Assembly (NCBI GenBank): GCA_951406725.2
Contig: OX597821.1
Location: forward strand, 11,532,001 to 11,596,000
Direction of reading: 5' to 3'
Source: Octopus vulgaris
Taxonomy: Eukaryota
DNA: 64,000 bases
Part shown: piece by piece, positions 1-12,487 of the stretch
How the letters are laid out: each line of letters opens with the position of its first letter
How positions within the stretch are numbered: position 1 is the stretch's first letter
The notes under the pieces: generated by a model
Databases searched by the model: none
Told to the model about the DNA's origin: nothing
Seen by the model: the letters and a program-made list of their open reading frames with translations, nothing else
Program-made: the position numbers and the translations under genes

Positions 1-169
1 AACTCCCTTCAGGCGCGTTTTAAAATCTAAAAAAAAAAAAACGCTGAAATTCTACTGTGTGCCTGTCAGTCGGCCTGTCTGTCGATGGGTCTATCCTGTC
101 TAGACTACATTTGGATGCAGCAACCCCTGTTTTGCGGTCCTCTTTCTCAATGAAATATCACACTAATGA

Positions 170-390
170 CTGATAGGTGGATAGAGAAAGAGATAGAAAG
201 AGGAGAATATAGAAGAAGGAAGGGACAGAGGAGGGAAGGAAGGAAGGAAGGAAGGAAGGAAGGAAGGAAGGAAGACATGAAGGAAGGAAGAGAGGAAAGA
301 AGAGAGGAAGGAAGAAAGATAGAAAGAAAGAAGAAAGTAAACAAGAAAGAAATGGAGAAAGGTTAGTCGCAGAAAAGAACGAATGAATGA

Positions 391-449
<59 letters not shown>

Positions 450-571
450 GAAGGAAGGAATGAAGAAGGAATGATAGAAAACGATAGAAACGTAGCGTGA
501 AAGAAGAAAGTAAACAAGAAAGAAATGGAGAAAGGTTAGTCGCAGAAAAGGACGAATGAATGAAAGAAGGA

Positions 572-623
<52 letters not shown>

Positions 624-1150
624 GAGAAAGAAAGAAAGAAAGAAAGGAAGGAATGAAGAAGGAAAGATAGAAAACGATAGAAACGTAGCGTGAAAGAAGA
701 AAGTAAACAAGAAAGAAATGGAGAAAGGTTAGTCGCAGAAAAGAACGAATGAATGAAAGAAGGAAAGAAAGGAAGAAAGAAAGAAAGGAAGGAAGGAAGA
801 AGGAAAGAAAGAAAACGATAGAAAAGTAGCGCGAAAGAAGGAAGAAAGTATGAAAGCGGTGAACAAGAAATATTGAAAGAGAGGAATGTTAGAAGAAGGA
901 AAAAGGAAAGGAAGAATAAATAAGAGAAAGGATAAGATACGAAGGGAGAAAGAGTGAAACTAGGGAAAGAAAGGAAACGAAAGGGAGGAAATAGATAAAT
1001 ATAGAAAGAAGGGAGGAAAAAAGGAAAGAAAAGGAGAGACAGACGGCAGAGAAGGAAGAAAGAGAATAAGTAGGAAAAGAAGAAAGACAGAAAGAATAGA
1101 AGGGAAAAAATTATTAAAAATAAATCTGAGATGGAAACGGGAGGAGGAAG
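170..1150. repeat. Polypurine (GAAA/GGAA)n tract containing three ~173-193 bp tandem units
   Basis: The anchor GGTTAGTCGCAGAAAAG recurs at 361, 534 and 727. Units differ in the length of the internal (GAAA)n. Confidence 0.9.
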
Positions 1151-1154
1151 TCAA

Positions 1155-1300
1155 GAGACCGCGCCTATATTTAATGATTGGTCAGCAACATAAGATCGAA
1201 AATGAGTGGTTTGGCCCGCGGGCCTACTTCAAACGATTCTCTATAGCATCTTTAAAAACTGGCTGTGATCCGCCAAAGCCGCCGTCAGCGGAATCTGTCT
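1155..1300 (-). promoter_or_regulatory. Possible promoter-like CpG-containing unique patch
   Basis: The minus strand reads TGACCAATCA (CCAAT at 1177-1181) then TAAATATAG. A perfect 12-bp palindrome GGCCCGCGGGCC lies at 1213-1224. No downstream gene is visible in the window. Confidence 0.2.
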
Positions 1301-1585
1301 CCAGATCTGCTTTGTACTCACACACAGGAAGACATACACGAAGGCTTACATCCGAATAGTCTCACACACAGCTAGCGATAAACACACGCATGCATCTTCA
1401 AACATACATACATACACATACACACACGCACACACAGAGATACGCATGCAGACGGATGTGTAGTTTGATGCATGGTTTTACACACGCACGCAGTACGCTT
1501 TAAGTCTTCTGTTAAACACCAACCTCTGTCGTCCCTTTAACATTCTTAGTCACTGTCCATTAAATATTTGAAATAATAGCACATT

Positions 1586-1620
<35 letters not shown>

Positions 1621-1672
1621 TACACATACATATAGTATATCTGTATGTATGTACGCATTTATGTGTGTACGT

Positions 1673-1893
1673 CTGGCAGAAACGTTAGCATGCTGGGCGA
1701 AATGCGTAGCCGTATTTCGTCTGCCGTTACGTTCTGAGTTCAAATTCCGCCGAGGTCGACGTTACCTTTCATCCTTTCGGGGTCGATAAATTAAGTACCA
1801 GTTACGCACTGTGGTCGATGTAATCGACTTAATGCGTTTGTCTGTCTTTGTTTGTCCCGTCTATGTTTAGCCCCTTGTGGGTAGTAAAAAAAT
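1673..1893 (+). mobile_element. SINE family A (tRNA-derived)
   Basis: A-box-like TGGCAGAAACG, B-box GAGTTCAAATTC and core CCTTTCATCCTTTCGGGGTCGATAAATTAAGTACCAG. Many copies occur in the window. Confidence 0.85.
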
Positions 1894-1944
1894 AATATAT
1901 ATATATACACACACATATATATATATATATATATATGTATATCA

Positions 1945-1985
<41 letters not shown>

Positions 1986-2014
1986 CATATATATGCATAT
2001 GTACACACTCACAT

Positions 2015-2045
<31 letters not shown>

Positions 2046-2125
2046 ATATATGTATATCCCTATACACAATACATATAATTACGTAATGGCCTTAACTTTT
2101 ATTTACTAAACAAAGTATGTACATA

Positions 2126-2742
2126 TTCTTTTATTCTTTTACTGTGGCCATGCTGGAGCACCGCCTTTTAGTCGAAGAAATCGACCCTTGGACTTTGTAA
2201 ACTTGTTACTTATTCTATCGGTGACTTTGCAGAACCGCTAAGTTACGGGGACGTAGACACACCAAGATCGGTTCTCAAGCGATGGTAGAGGGACAAATAC
2301 ACAAATACACAAATATATACACACAGTAATCCCTCACCATATCGCGGTTCACCTATCACAGTTCACTGATCGCGGTTCACAGATCACGGTTTATTATTTA
2401 AGCTTACCGCGATTCCTCTGTGGCGTTATTTTGCAATTATAATAAAATAAATATATACAAATTATAAAAATAATTAAAAAAATATACAGTAATGTTTCTA
2501 CTTCGCGGATTTTCACCTATTGCGGGTGGTTTTGGAACGTCACACCCGCGATAGTCGATGAATTGCTGTGTATATACACGACAGGCTTCTTTCAGTTTCC
2601 GTCTAACAAATCTACTCACAAGGCTTTGATCGGCCTGGGGCAATAGTAGAAAACACTTAACCAGTGTGCCACGCAGTGTGACTGAACCTGAAAGCGTGTG
2701 GTTGGGAAGCAAGCTTCTTACCGCACAGCTACACTTGCGCCT
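2126..2742 (-). mobile_element. SINE family B copy interrupted by a MITE
   Basis: Matches the family B copies at 21684 and 50359 in reverse. Its internal microsatellite is split by the 2324-2568 insert. Confidence 0.8.
2324..2568. mobile_element. Tigger/pogo-type MITE
   Basis: Imperfect ~24-bp TIRs CAGTAATCCCTCACCATATCGCGG ... CCGCGATAGTCGATGAATTGCTG. The CAGT terminus is typical of Tigger/pogo. Confidence 0.7.
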
Positions 2743-2834
2743 ACATACGCAACTCATTGGATCTATCACTCACTAATCTTTAAGTAGTAATTGTTTTATT
2801 ATATATATATTTTTTTTTGTCATTAAAATCACTA

Positions 2835-3133
<299 letters not shown>

Positions 3134-3696
3134 ATTTTTAAAGCACGATTTATTTGTGATCAGATTTGTTCGAAAACCGAAGGTCTACTGTATAACATAT
3201 GCGAATTCTGTGTGAATTAGAAAATAGCAGCAAGTAAAATTTTGTAGACAGATGAGACTCCACAGAGAAACCCTTCAAAGCAGTTCCCCAGAATGGCCCC
3301 AGTCCTCTCTAATTAGTATACCTCTTATTTTTCTATGTTTCCGTACGTATACCTTGTTTTGTTTATCTAATACCTGTCCAGACTGTACGGTTTTGATTGG
3401 CAATTCGGCTTTACCATATAAGGGTAGTAATAATAAATATGATTATTGCATATCTTTAATCTATGGACATATTATGTCATGCAATAGTTTTCTGACGTCG
3501 ACAAATGCAGCACAGGTCCGTCCTAAGATATACTAATATTTAAACTATTAGCATGAAGTTTAGTGCGCTAATAATACTGCCATTTAACTCTATAATGTAT
3601 CTCTTGGTTTATGGTTCCCTTTGATTATATCTGATTCCGCACGTTTTGGCGGTAGTTTCAATGTACAAATATGCAAGTTTAACTATAGTATATCCT

Positions 3697-4100
3697 AACT
3701 TGCTTACCAACCACATGGTCTCGGGTTCAGTCTCACTGCGTGGCACCTTGTACAACTGTCTTCTACTGTAGCCTCGGGCCGACCAAAGCCTTGTGAGTGG
3801 ATTTGGTAGACGGAAACAGAAAGAAGCCCATCGTATATATGTATATGTATATGTATATATATATATATATGTGTGTTTGTGTGTCTGTGTTTGCCCCCCC
3901 CCACACACACACATAACATCGCTTGATTACCGATGCTGATGTGTTTACGTCCCCGTAACGTAGGGCTTCGGCAAAAGAGACCGATAGAATAAGTATTAGG
4001 TTTACAAAGAATAAGTCCCTGGGTCGATTTGCTCGACTAAAGGTGGTGCTTCAGCATGGCCGCAGTCGAATGACTGAAACAAGTAAAAAAAATAAAAGAG
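3697..4100 (+). mobile_element. SINE family B (5'-truncated)
   Basis: CTTACCAACCACATGGT...GGGTTCAGTC head remnant, internal (TA/TG)n and 3' end CAGCATGGCCGCAGTCGAATGACTGAAACAAG. Confidence 0.85.
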
Positions 4101-4188
4101 TGGAATATTTTGATAAAATATAAATCGTTGTATGTATGTGTGGTCGGGAATATCACTTGTATATGTATGTGTGTACCCCCATACCCCC

Positions 4189-4564
4189 ATGATGGAAGCA
4201 CTCCATCGGTTACGACGACGAGGGTTCCGGTTGATCCGATCAACGGAACAGCCTGCTCGTGAAATTAACGTGTAAGTGGCTGAGCACTCCACAGACACGT
4301 GTACCCTTAACGTAGTTCTCGGGGATATTCAGCGTGACACAGAGAGTGACAAGGCCGGCCCTTTGAAATACAGGTACAACAGAAACAGGAAGTAAGAGTG
4401 AGAGAAAGTTGTGGCGAAAGAGTACAGCAGGGATCACCACCATCCCCTGCCGGAGCCTCGTGGAGCTTTAGGTGTTTTCGCTCAATAAACACTCACAACG
4501 CCCGGTCTGGGAATCCTACGACCGCGAGTCCGCTGCCCTAACCACTGGGCCATTGCGCCTCCAC
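4189..4564 (-). mobile_element. SINE family C, tail type 1
   Basis: tRNA-like head GTGGAGGCGCAATGGCCCAGTGGTTAGGGCAGCGGACTCGCGG on the minus strand. Candidate TSD CATACCCCC at 4180-4188 and 4564-4572. Confidence 0.85.
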
Positions 4565-5379
4565 ATACCCCCCCCACACACATATATGAGGAGTTTTATT
4601 CATTTCCCGTCCACACAATCTACATACAGGGATTTGGTTGGCCCGAGGGTATAGAAGACACTCGCCCAAGGTGTTATGCAGTGGGATTGAACCATGTACA
4701 ATATGGTTGGGAAGCAAACTTCTTACTCCACAGCAACGCCTTGCCATAGTTTCTATTCTCTTTTTTCATCATATGTCTTTTTTTCCTTTGAATGCCAAAG
4801 AATAGTGTGTCAAATATTTGGAAAGCGAATCCTTCTGATCAACTTAATCTTCGTTATTTTATCAATTATCTTTTGATTTTAGCGTTTTGTTCTCGAATTA
4901 TTTTTCTGAATTTGTATTTATCTACAGCCATTGCTCCATTAATGCACTCTATACATATTAATACGAGTATCTGTATAGAATGAATTCTGCCGAATACATT
5001 CCATGTCTATGACTATCTAATGAAAATTATTCGCTAAGAGCAAAGTCTGATGATTTACCTGCCATGAATAGTTCTGAAGAGTAATCTGTTCGTTATGCTA
5101 CAGAATATATTTATGAGTGAACACATATACATGCACGCGCACATATACACAAACACACATGCACACACGCACACGCATACACACATACACACACGCATAC
5201 GCACACACTCACACACACAAACACATATACATATATTAATATGTATATTGATTTATATGTGTTTCCCGAATGATGTAGCATAATGTCGTTTATGAGACAA
5301 CCATCAACAAATGGATAAACATCAATTCATTCATTTTATTTCTCATATTTGGCAAATTGTTATACACACACGCATACAT

Positions 5380-5410
<31 letters not shown>

Positions 5411-5688
5411 CAGAATAAACACAGAGATAAACACAAAACCAAGGGCTCATATTTTGGATGCATTTAATGCACGTTTTTCTTGTACTTATGTAAGATAATC
5501 ATTATATTAATGCTACTTTGTTCAAACGGCTTTTCACAATATAAATGGTAAATAAAAATTCATCCGGTATGTATTGCAGCTTTCCAGCTGGTTATATAAA
5601 AACCGTCTTATAGCAGAAAAAATAAGGAAGAGAAGATAGCGCTGGAAAATATTATGTGAATGAGTATACACATACATTTATACATATA

Positions 5689-5764
<76 letters not shown>

Positions 5765-5765
<1 letters not shown>

Positions 5766-6152
5766 GAGCAAAACGCCCCCCGTCCAATTGTCGGTGCTGA
5801 GTTGTCAAACATTTAAACCAAATTTTTTGGGCTCTCTTAAACATACTGCATTTTTTGGAATTATTTCAAGCCAGCCGGCTTTTGTCTTGCGCAAACTGCA
5901 CGTGCATTATTCTCGCGTAAGCATAGTATCGATCGCAACAGCTGACGTACTTGCGCGAACAAATGCACGTTCCCACGGCTTTATCGACTGCATTCTCCCC
6001 TAGAATCAATTTTTGTAATTTTTTCAAGACTTATACATGCCCTGATACCGTCGGTATCTACGTATCAAATTTGTGTGCAATCGGATGGAGGATGCCCGAG
6101 ATCCTCGAAGACACACGCAAACAGACAGACAGAACGGATTTTATATAATAGA
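5765..6152 (-). mobile_element. Non-autonomous Helitron (family H2)
   Basis: The minus strand starts A|TCTATTATATAAAA with (CTGT)n near the 5' end. It ends in an imperfect CCGAC..GACGG hairpin and CTCG|T (degenerate CTAG). A 3'-end fragment recurs at ~14985-15050. Confidence 0.65.
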
Positions 6153-6539
6153 TATATATACATGCATGTATACACACGCGTGCACACTCTCACACATATT
6201 TATTTATTTTTTTTTTAGATCATAAATGGTAAGATTACTTATATACTAATTAGTATCTGTCACCTTTTATGATATAAAATATACTTATTTGATGCTCTCT
6301 TTCGTATAGAATTTTCCATCAGATAATGTTTTAATCACTGTCTGACATAACTTAATTGATGTTATACAACAATGAAATGTGACGCAAACACACACGCACA
6401 TACAAAGACAAACACTAGCGCGCACACACACAGAGACACAGAGGCACACATATACATATTTGTACAGACGTGTATGTGAGGGTTTACACGTATGCCTACA
6501 TATCTTTACAACGACGACGCACGAAAGCGAAGAGGAAAC

Positions 6540-6921
6540 AAAAGAAGAAGGAGGAGGAGGAGGAGGTGATGATGATGATAATGATGATGTCGACGACGAC
6601 GGTGATGATGATGATGACGACGACAACGACGACGATGCCGACGACGACGACGGTGGCGATGTGGAAGAAGAAGAAGAAAAGGAGAAGAAGAAGAAGAAGA
6701 AGAAGAAGAAGAAGAAGGAGAAGAAGAATGAGAAGAAGAAGAAGAAGAAGAAGAAGAAGAAGAAGAAGAAGAAAAAGAAGAAGAAGAAAAAGAAGAAGAA
6801 AAAGAAGAAGAAGAAAAAGAAGAAGAAGAAGAAGAGGAAGAAGAAGAAGAGGAAAAAGAAGAAGAAGAAGAAGAAGAAGAAGAAGAAGAAGAAGAAGAAG
6901 AAGAAGAAGAAGAAGAAGAAG

Positions 6922-6953
<32 letters not shown>

Positions 6954-6968
6954 GAAGAAGAAGAAGAC
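6540..6968. repeat. Compound trinucleotide repeat (GAG)(GAT)(GAC) followed by ~300 bp (GAA)n
   Basis: Directly visible. It produces the spurious poly-K/R/S ORFs. Confidence 0.95.
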
Positions 6969-7428
6969 AGTGAGTAAGAGAGAAAGTGAAAGAGAAGGCT
7001 GAAGCCAGCTCCTTCTATTAGATAGATATTTTCACTCGTAAAATGCAATGGCAGATTTCCAGATTTTTCAATCTCTCAGAAAATTCCGACTTTCTTATTG
7101 GTTGAGTTTGCCGATCATAACCTCATTATCCATCAGTAGATAATGGAGATCGCTGTACAAAGTATTTAGAAATTAGAATGTTTGAAGAATATTTTATGAA
7201 ACTCGTTGTAGCTTGCTACTGTACAGTGTGGTGACGAGACATCACGTTGGAAAATCGCTGAGACAGACAAATGAGTGAGATATAATCAGGCTGATCAATG
7301 AACGTATTTCCTTTAGCATACACACATATACACACATGTACTTAGAGACGAATAGAAGATAGAACAAAAAAAAGAAAGGCCGAGAGATCGATAGATTAAT
7401 AGACAAGCAGACAAATATAGATAGATAG

Positions 7429-7533
<105 letters not shown>

Positions 7534-7618
7534 GGATGGATAGATAGATTCGTATCTACATAGGTGGATAGAAGATTAGACTGATAAGTAAATATGCAAG
7601 TGTATGTGTATGTATATA

Positions 7619-7685
<67 letters not shown>

Positions 7686-7792
7686 TATAAGTATAAATAT
7701 ATAGCTAGGCTCGTAGATAGTTAGGTTGAAAGCCAGACAGAGATAGATAGAGAAATAGACGGGATGTACGGACGATCGAGCAATCGAGTGAT

Positions 7793-7858
<66 letters not shown>

Positions 7859-7963
7859 ATTTATATTTATATTAATATATAGGTAGGAAGGTACGTAAGC
7901 AGGCAGGCGGACAGGCAGATAGATGGATAGAAATCTAAACATGAGAAAGGAAGAGGAAAAGGG

Positions 7964-8030
<67 letters not shown>

Positions 8031-8075
8031 GGACCTTGAAAATATTGACATAAAAGTAGAAAGGTAGATAGATAA

Positions 8076-8140
<65 letters not shown>

Positions 8141-8142
8141 TG

Positions 8143-8181
<39 letters not shown>

Positions 8182-8856
8182 TGACTGATACAAATAGATA
8201 GATAAAGAGAGAGTACGCGCGCGTGTGTGCGTGTTTGTGTGTGTATGTGGGTATGCACTATAGTTATTAAAACGTCGTTATGTTTAAATGGGTTCAAAGA
8301 CATGCAAAAGGGAGACTTCAAGGCCAGCCGTGAGGAGAAAAGCAGGTGAATAGGAACGGCCATAGATTGTGTGTTTGATGCGAGGACCGTGTTCATATTT
8401 AGCTATGCCAACATTGAAGACTTCACAGAGAACGAACTCCACACAACTTGCAAGTACAAAGTGATCTGAGGTCAGCAATGAAAAACTGAAGTAGGTGCCA
8501 TTGTGTGGTATATGGAAGTGTGCGAGTAGGTACGTGTTTGAAACTCTCTCTCTCTCTCTCTCCCTCTTCCTCTCCCTCTTCCTCTCTCTCTCTCACGCAC
8601 ATACTCTTACATACACTTTCAATGTGCGCGCGTGTGTGAGTTTAATGCGTTAGAGTCCGCATTTATATGTGTTGGTGTAAATAGGTACTTTGTGTTCGTT
8701 TGCAAATAGTTGAGTTCCCTCGATTTTATATACATGTTCGTACAAACGTATGTATATATATAGGCGCTTATATGCACGTATGTACCAGTACATATATATA
8801 TATATGTGTGTGTGTATATATATATATATATGTATGTATATATACATATATATATG

Positions 8857-8888
<32 letters not shown>

Positions 8889-8891
8889 CAC

Positions 8892-8940
<49 letters not shown>

Positions 8941-9197
8941 CATATATATATATATGAACATATATTTATGATGTATGGCCGTGTGTGGTAGTTATGCATG
9001 AGTGAATGTGTATAGGGATGAATGTATGTATATATCTGTATGTATGCAAATATGCTTGTGCATATATACACACGTTTGTGCGCACACACAAACACACACG
9101 CACAAATGTGTATATGTGTGTATGCGTGCGTGTGTGTGTATTTATGTATATGGATGTGAATGTATCTCTGCATGTGCGCATATATATATATATATAT

Positions 9198-10400
9198 GAT
9201 TGATTGATTGATTGATTGATTGATTCTAGTTTCAGCCTATGAGCTGTGGCCATGCTGGGGCACCGCCATTTGGTGTTGCTACTTGGTTTCACTTCATGGA
9301 GGCTTTCTAGCAACTGCTATTTGGTGCATGAGAGAGTTCGATGCAGCTGCCCTCATCTGCCCCTCCTGCCGTGAAGTTGGTTCATCTGGGACACCTGACA
9401 GGAAGAGATCCAGCTTCATTTTAAAGACATCTGTATCCACCCCATGCAGGTCTCTCAGGTTCTTCGGGAGGATATTGAAGAGCTGTGGGCCTCGGAAGCC
9501 CAGGCTATCACAGAATCTTGTCCTACATCTTGATGGCAGGTTTGGAGTCCTAGGCACCACGCAGTGGCGCCCAGTTCTGGCATTTGCGTAACTCTCGATG
9601 CCAAAGTTCAGGACACTTCCCTCCAGGATCTTCCAGATGTATATTATGGCATATCTTTCCCGCCTACGCTCCAGGGAATATAATTTTAATCTCTTGAGTC
9701 TTTCCCAGTAGCTTACATTCTGCATAGAGGCTATCTTCTTTGTGTAGCTTCGTTGGATCGCCTCAAGTTCTGTGATCAACTTGACACTAGATGGTGACCA
9801 TAGCTGAGAGCAATAGTCAAAGTGGCTTAGGACAAGTGTCTTCCAGAGGACCATCATGGTTTCTTGTTCTCTTGTTCTAAAGGTTCTAAGAATCCATCCA
9901 GCCAGCCGTCTACATTTCATTGTCAGTTTAGCAACATGTACATGAAAGGTCGCGTCATCACTCATGTGAATACCCAGGTCACGCACTGATTGTGCCTCTG
10001 GGATTGCAATCCCTCCGGGTCCAGTGTATTCATTGGGTATTGCATTCAGTTTTGCATGCTGATAGTATAAAGCTTGAAACTTTCCAGCATTGAACTGCAT
10101 GCTATTGTTTTTAGCCCACTTGTATATTTCGTCCAGCTCACATTGCAGGTGTTTAGTGTCCTCAGGGTTCTGTATTGCCTGTGAAACTTTTGTATCGTCT
10201 GCATAACTTGTGATCGTGGCTCTCTGCGTGGCTGAGGGCATGTCTGAGAGGGCCATTATGAACAGTAGTGGTCCCAGAACAGTGCCCTGCGGAACACCGC
10301 TCACTATTTGTGTGTTAATGGAGGTGGCCCCATTGGCTACTACCACCTGACTTCTATCCTTCAGAAAGTCATGAAGCCATTCTCCCAGTTTTCCAACTAT
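9198..10400 (-). mobile_element. 5'-truncated CR1-group (CR1/L2/Crack-like) LINE, RT C-terminal half with an open frame
   Basis: ORF 9294-10400 contains SGVPQGTVLGPLLF, YADD, FNAGKF, VRDLG and SLERRR. A short 3' UTR and (AATC)n tail follow, and (TA)n flanks both sides. Confidence 0.92.
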
Positions 10401-10563
10401 ATATATATATATATATAAAAGCAATTAAGATTCAAGTCAATTCTAATGAATTTACTTGAATATGGTACTTAACTTAGATGCACCAGAAAACTATATGGTG
10501 TTAACCAATACAGTAGTGTGGGGTGATTATAAACGAGAAAAGAAGCAACAAGAATGGATTAGT

Positions 10564-10654
10564 TTTTAGTACAATTGTTTCATACAAAGACAGGCTTTAT
10601 TAAAAGTTGCAAATATTGCAGCAGATAAAAGTGTCCCGTACTCATCAGCTAAAA
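10564..10654 (-). ncRNA. Type I hammerhead ribozyme motif (canonical core)
   Basis: Minus strand: stem I TTTTAG / CTGATGA / stem II GTACGGGAC...GTCTTTGTAT / GAAA / palindromic stem III CAATTG / TA / stem I' CTAAAA. It lies in a ~590-bp segment (10418-11010) bounded by (TA)n. Confidence 0.75.
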
Positions 10655-11014
10655 TACATATGAGTTCTCCAAACATCTTAGTGGGTGAGGCTACACTCAT
10701 GAAGTATTGGAGATAATTTCATTTAAAAGCAGATTCAGGTTGTAAACAGGCTTCCAAAGTTCTTTAATGATGATGCACAGTCTTATCACATGTTTTAAAA
10801 AAGCATATTAGTTTCACAGAGAAGTTTAATCCATCCATAGTGTAGGTGTAAATTTCCAGAGATATGAGGAGGTATTTCATACTCACAGACGATGAATTTA
10901 TCCATGGTTAATTCACAATGAGGTGGGTATAATTTCATGCTATATTATAAGGTATTTGCCACATTACTGTTCTCTTCACAAAACTGCTATGTTATGACTT
11001 CTAAAGGCTGAAGG

Positions 11015-11076
<62 letters not shown>

Positions 11077-11080
<4 letters not shown>

Positions 11081-12415
11081 AGGAAAAATTTTTTAAAAAA
11101 ATGCAGAATGCTCAAATGAAAGAAAATTTTAATAAAATGAGAAAATGATAAAATATATAAATGTATATTTGTTCAACCGGTTTTCGTCATTGTATGACTT
11201 GTCAAGAATATTTATGTTTTAAGAAGTTTTTTTAAAATTAGAAAGGGGAAAAAAGAAAATTGCATTGTTTTTTGTAAAAGAATAATGATAAAAATGTACA
11301 AAAATTAAAAAATAAGTTCTCCGATACATTGTGAGTTCGTTGTGTATCTTGCGTTTTATGGTTGTTTACGAAAAAATTACCTTGAGGTGTTAAGATCCAA
11401 AGGGATTAAGAGCATGTGTTGTGTTGTGTTGTTAAATTCAGCATGTTTGCAGGACAGGAAGTAGTAGTAATTGTGGTCCTGGTTCTTCAGTTCCTGTGTT
11501 GTGAGTAAGGGGAGACAACTCTTTTGAGTTCTTCAATAAAACCCAAATTATAAAACTATCATTTTAGCTTCATTTGCATTATCTTTTTTATATAATTGCT
11601 TGTTAACTTAACTTTCAGATTTTAACACTTTATTTACATTATTTTCTAATAATATAAATCTGCATAGACAATTGCATTTCAAATTGTCATATCATTTATA
11701 ATAAAAATGATAGTAATAACAACAATAGTAAAAATGATATTTAAAGAATATAAGTTTTAGCTTGAAGTGATGAATGCATGGTATCTTTATATATTTGTGT
11801 TAGTCCATCCATGAAAAGTGATGTAGAGAAAGGAAGTTTGATCAACGAGGAGTTTGCATATTAAGTTGTGTTTGGAATTTTTCAATAAAGAGATTCTCCT
11901 TGTTAATTCTCTCCTGTGTGGTGATCCCGTCTTTACATTGGTAGAAGGGGAATATATAGAATTTGGGGTTTAAGTCGTTAGCACATGAGTCTAAGTGGTC
12001 ACTCAGTGGAATTTGTCGGTATTCCGGGAGATTTATTTGTTCTTTATGCACCGTTACTCGTTTACGTAACGGGAGACTCGTTTGTCCAACATAATTATGT
12101 TGGCAACCAGCGCATGTGAGAACGTAGATAAGGTTCTCGGAGGAACAGGAGAAGTTAGTCTTGATTTTAAACTTCGTACCTTGTTTGAAGGTAAATTCAG
12201 AGCCTTCAAGTAGAAAGGAGCAGGTACCACAGTTTGAGCGTGCACATTTTTTTTACTGTTGGGGGTGGATGTGGTGTGTGAAGTTTGGCATTTGTCAAGA
12301 GTTTTTTTTTTGTCAAGAAATTTTCTTTCATTTGAGCATTCTGCATTTTTTAAAAAAATTTTTCCTTACTTATCATTTCTCCACGTGCGGTCAACACAAC
12401 CCCACCATTTATTGA

Positions 12416-12417
<2 letters not shown>
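11077..12417 (-). mobile_element. 5'-truncated Penelope-like element (Neptune-type) with inverted terminal segment
   Basis: GIY-YIG coding fragment, AT-rich 3' region, ~53-bp inverted repeat (11077-11129 vs 12318-12370) and (TA)n on both flanks. Confidence 0.85.
11842..12246 (-). pseudogene. Penelope GIY-YIG endonuclease C-terminal fragment
   Basis: Manual translation extends the 69-aa ORF upstream in frame: CARSNCGTC...NFSCSSENLIYVLTCAGCQHNYVGQTSLPLRKRVTVHK...HL...ERINKENLFIEKFQTQLN. This gives a Cys linker, LIY..YVG and the conserved R, H, E and N residues. A frameshift lies in the poly-A just upstream. Confidence 0.88.

Positions 12418-12487
<70 letters not shown>

Noticed and set aside
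6379-6954. 191-aa acidic/poly-Lys ORF
   Set aside because: It is built entirely from (GAT/GAC/GAA)n repeats that are open in several frames.
8290-8500. Possible host exon (also 16590-17070, 44950-45170 and 60430-60535)
   Set aside because: Composition is coding-like, but I found no consistent splice pair, open frame and recognisable protein together, so it cannot be supported without homology or RNA data.
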